Source of the DNA: Hypanus sabinus
Lineage: Eukaryota
Assembly: GCF_030144855.1 (NCBI RefSeq)
Contig: NC_082734.1
Location: 12,400,001-12,464,000, forward strand
Length of the DNA stretch: 64,000 bases
Reading direction: 5' to 3'
Part shown: piece by piece, positions 62,352 to 64,000 of the stretch
Position numbering within the stretch: the stretch's first letter is position 1
Layout of the letters: each line of letters begins with the position of its first letter
Made by a program: the position numbers and the translations under genes
Notes under the pieces: model-generated
What the model was told of the DNA's origin: nothing
The model's input: the letters and a program-made list of their open reading frames with translations, nothing else
The model's database searches: none

Positions 62352-64000
62352 CTCTAAACATTTCTCATCCATGTACCTGAGTAACTTTTAAATGTTGCCA
62401 ATGTACCTGCTTCAACCACTTCCTCTGGAAAGAACAGGGCAACATAGCCCTGACACTTCCCTGGTCTTCATCACTCGCCTCCCAGTTTCCTCTCGGATTA
62501 GAGGTAAATCTTCAGAACACAAGTTATTGCTTTGCCTACTGCAAGTTTACTTCAGACCATCCTCGGGGAGAAACAGTTGCCCCCCCTTATTAAACTTACC
62601 CCCGTCAACTTAAACCTGTGCCGCCTAGGTCTTGATTCCACACCCCTGGGAAACAGATTGCAAGCATTCTCCCTATCAGTACCCCGTTTACCCCATCTGC
62701 ACCCCGATGTTTGCTGTCGTGATGTCTGTTATTGTAGCTTCCCATTCTCACACCTTAGAAACAGAATCTAAACTTGCAGAGGAACTCAGCAAGGCCTGGC
62801 TAGTAACGAGCATTACCCTGTTACAGACTCAACGATTTCATTTTTACTGTAACATTGCTCCTGTCTTATTTGGTTCTTGATTAGCAAGGGGGTCAAAGGT
62901 TACAAAGAGAAGGCAGGAGAATGGAGTTCAGAAATCAGCCATGATGGAATGGAGCAGCAGACCTGATGGGGTGAATGGCCTAATTCAGCTCCTACGTTTG
63001 ATGGTTTCTCAGATTACCATTGCTGGTAATGATTCACCTGTTCCTATCTGCGACCCTCCCACTTATCCCATTGCCACCCTCCCTCGCTTTACACAAATCT
63101 TTCAAAGTCACTAACCTCCCCCTCCATGTAGCTTTTCACACTCTCCTTGCCTTCTTTAACCTGGCCTGTGCTCTTTAATCTCACACATTTCCCAATTCCA
63201 ACGCAAAGTCCTCAACCCAAAACACAAACTCCTCTTTCCCTCTTCCCGCAGGATCTCCGCCGTTTTCTGTTTAAAGAGTTTAGTTCTCTGTTAATTGAAA
63301 TATATTGATTTTTTTTTGTTTTAAATTCCAGCTTAGTGTAAGATTAGTTCCAACCTCTGGCTAGTTCGGTGCGGAGGGTTTTCAGGGATCAGTGATCCGC
63401 CAGCGGTCCCCACAAACTGCCAGAAGTGAAGGGTTAGTGATTGCCCACTGTGGGGGCAGTAGGGTCGTTAAGGAAGTGGTGTGGAGATTGGCCAAGGTGG
63501 GTATCGCTGGACAGGGAGAGTGACAGCACTGGGCGGATTCCAACTTAATTCAGCAACAGGACATCTGGAGAGGTGTGTCCTTGGAAGCAGAGACGATCTC
63601 CAGACCTTCTCCTGAATTTGGGCTGTTCTAACCTCCGCTCCGTCACCGTGGGACGTAAATCAGAAACACCACCGCGATGTTCGATTCCAGTCCCACATCG
63701 TCCTGACCCTCAGGATGAGCCAGATGCCCTTTCCGCTCTCCTGTCACTGATCTAACATGACATCCTCCACCTTGGGCGGTGGCCCAGCCTGGAGCAGATT
63801 AACAGAACAAGCAAGCAACAAAGAGCCTGGAGTTGGCGATTCAATTAGTCCCTTGGAGATTCAGTGCGGTATGTTAGCCTTAATAATGGTCTTGCCCACC
63901 CTCGGCACAGCCGGGCTATTTGCGGCCTTGTGTTCTAAGCTGCTTGCTCTCCAACCAGTTTCTCCCGGTCAGGACAACAGCCTACACCACAAATGGATTG

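Noticed and set aside
63625-63640. Telomerase RNA template
   Set aside because: CTAACCTCC is not the vertebrate CTAACCCTAA template, and I recognised no CR4/5 or H/ACA domain.

Overview
Vertebrate genomic DNA. The repeat landscape (CR1, Rex1/Babar, RTE and Penelope-like elements, tRNA-derived SINEs) suggests a cartilaginous fish, probably a ray or shark; this is inference. There are four spliced protein-coding genes. (1) The 5' part of a THAP7-like gene (minus, runs off the left edge). (2) A ZBTB45-like BTB/C2H2 gene (plus, 611 aa), which shares a CpG-rich bidirectional promoter with THAP7. (3) RPS11 (plus, 5 exons, 158 aa, 5'TOP motif, with a SNORD35/U35 box C/D snoRNA in intron 2). (4) DHDH (minus, 7 exons, 334 aa, one GC-AG intron), tail-to-tail with RPS11. 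A decayed Gypsy element with a PNMA-like gag abuts the RPS11 promoter, and a second Gypsy 5' fragment abuts the DHDH promoter. The structures least explained by these features are a ~400-bp fold-back with gap-free 100-bp arms in the ZBTB45 intron (15328-15728), two local inverted duplications that carry non-repeat flank (30.5/32.2 kb and 54/57 kb), an alternating 52/43-bp minisatellite, and a possible multibranch RNA structure near 63.5 kb. I found no prokaryotic-type system such as CRISPR or an operon. All alignments and folds were done by eye.
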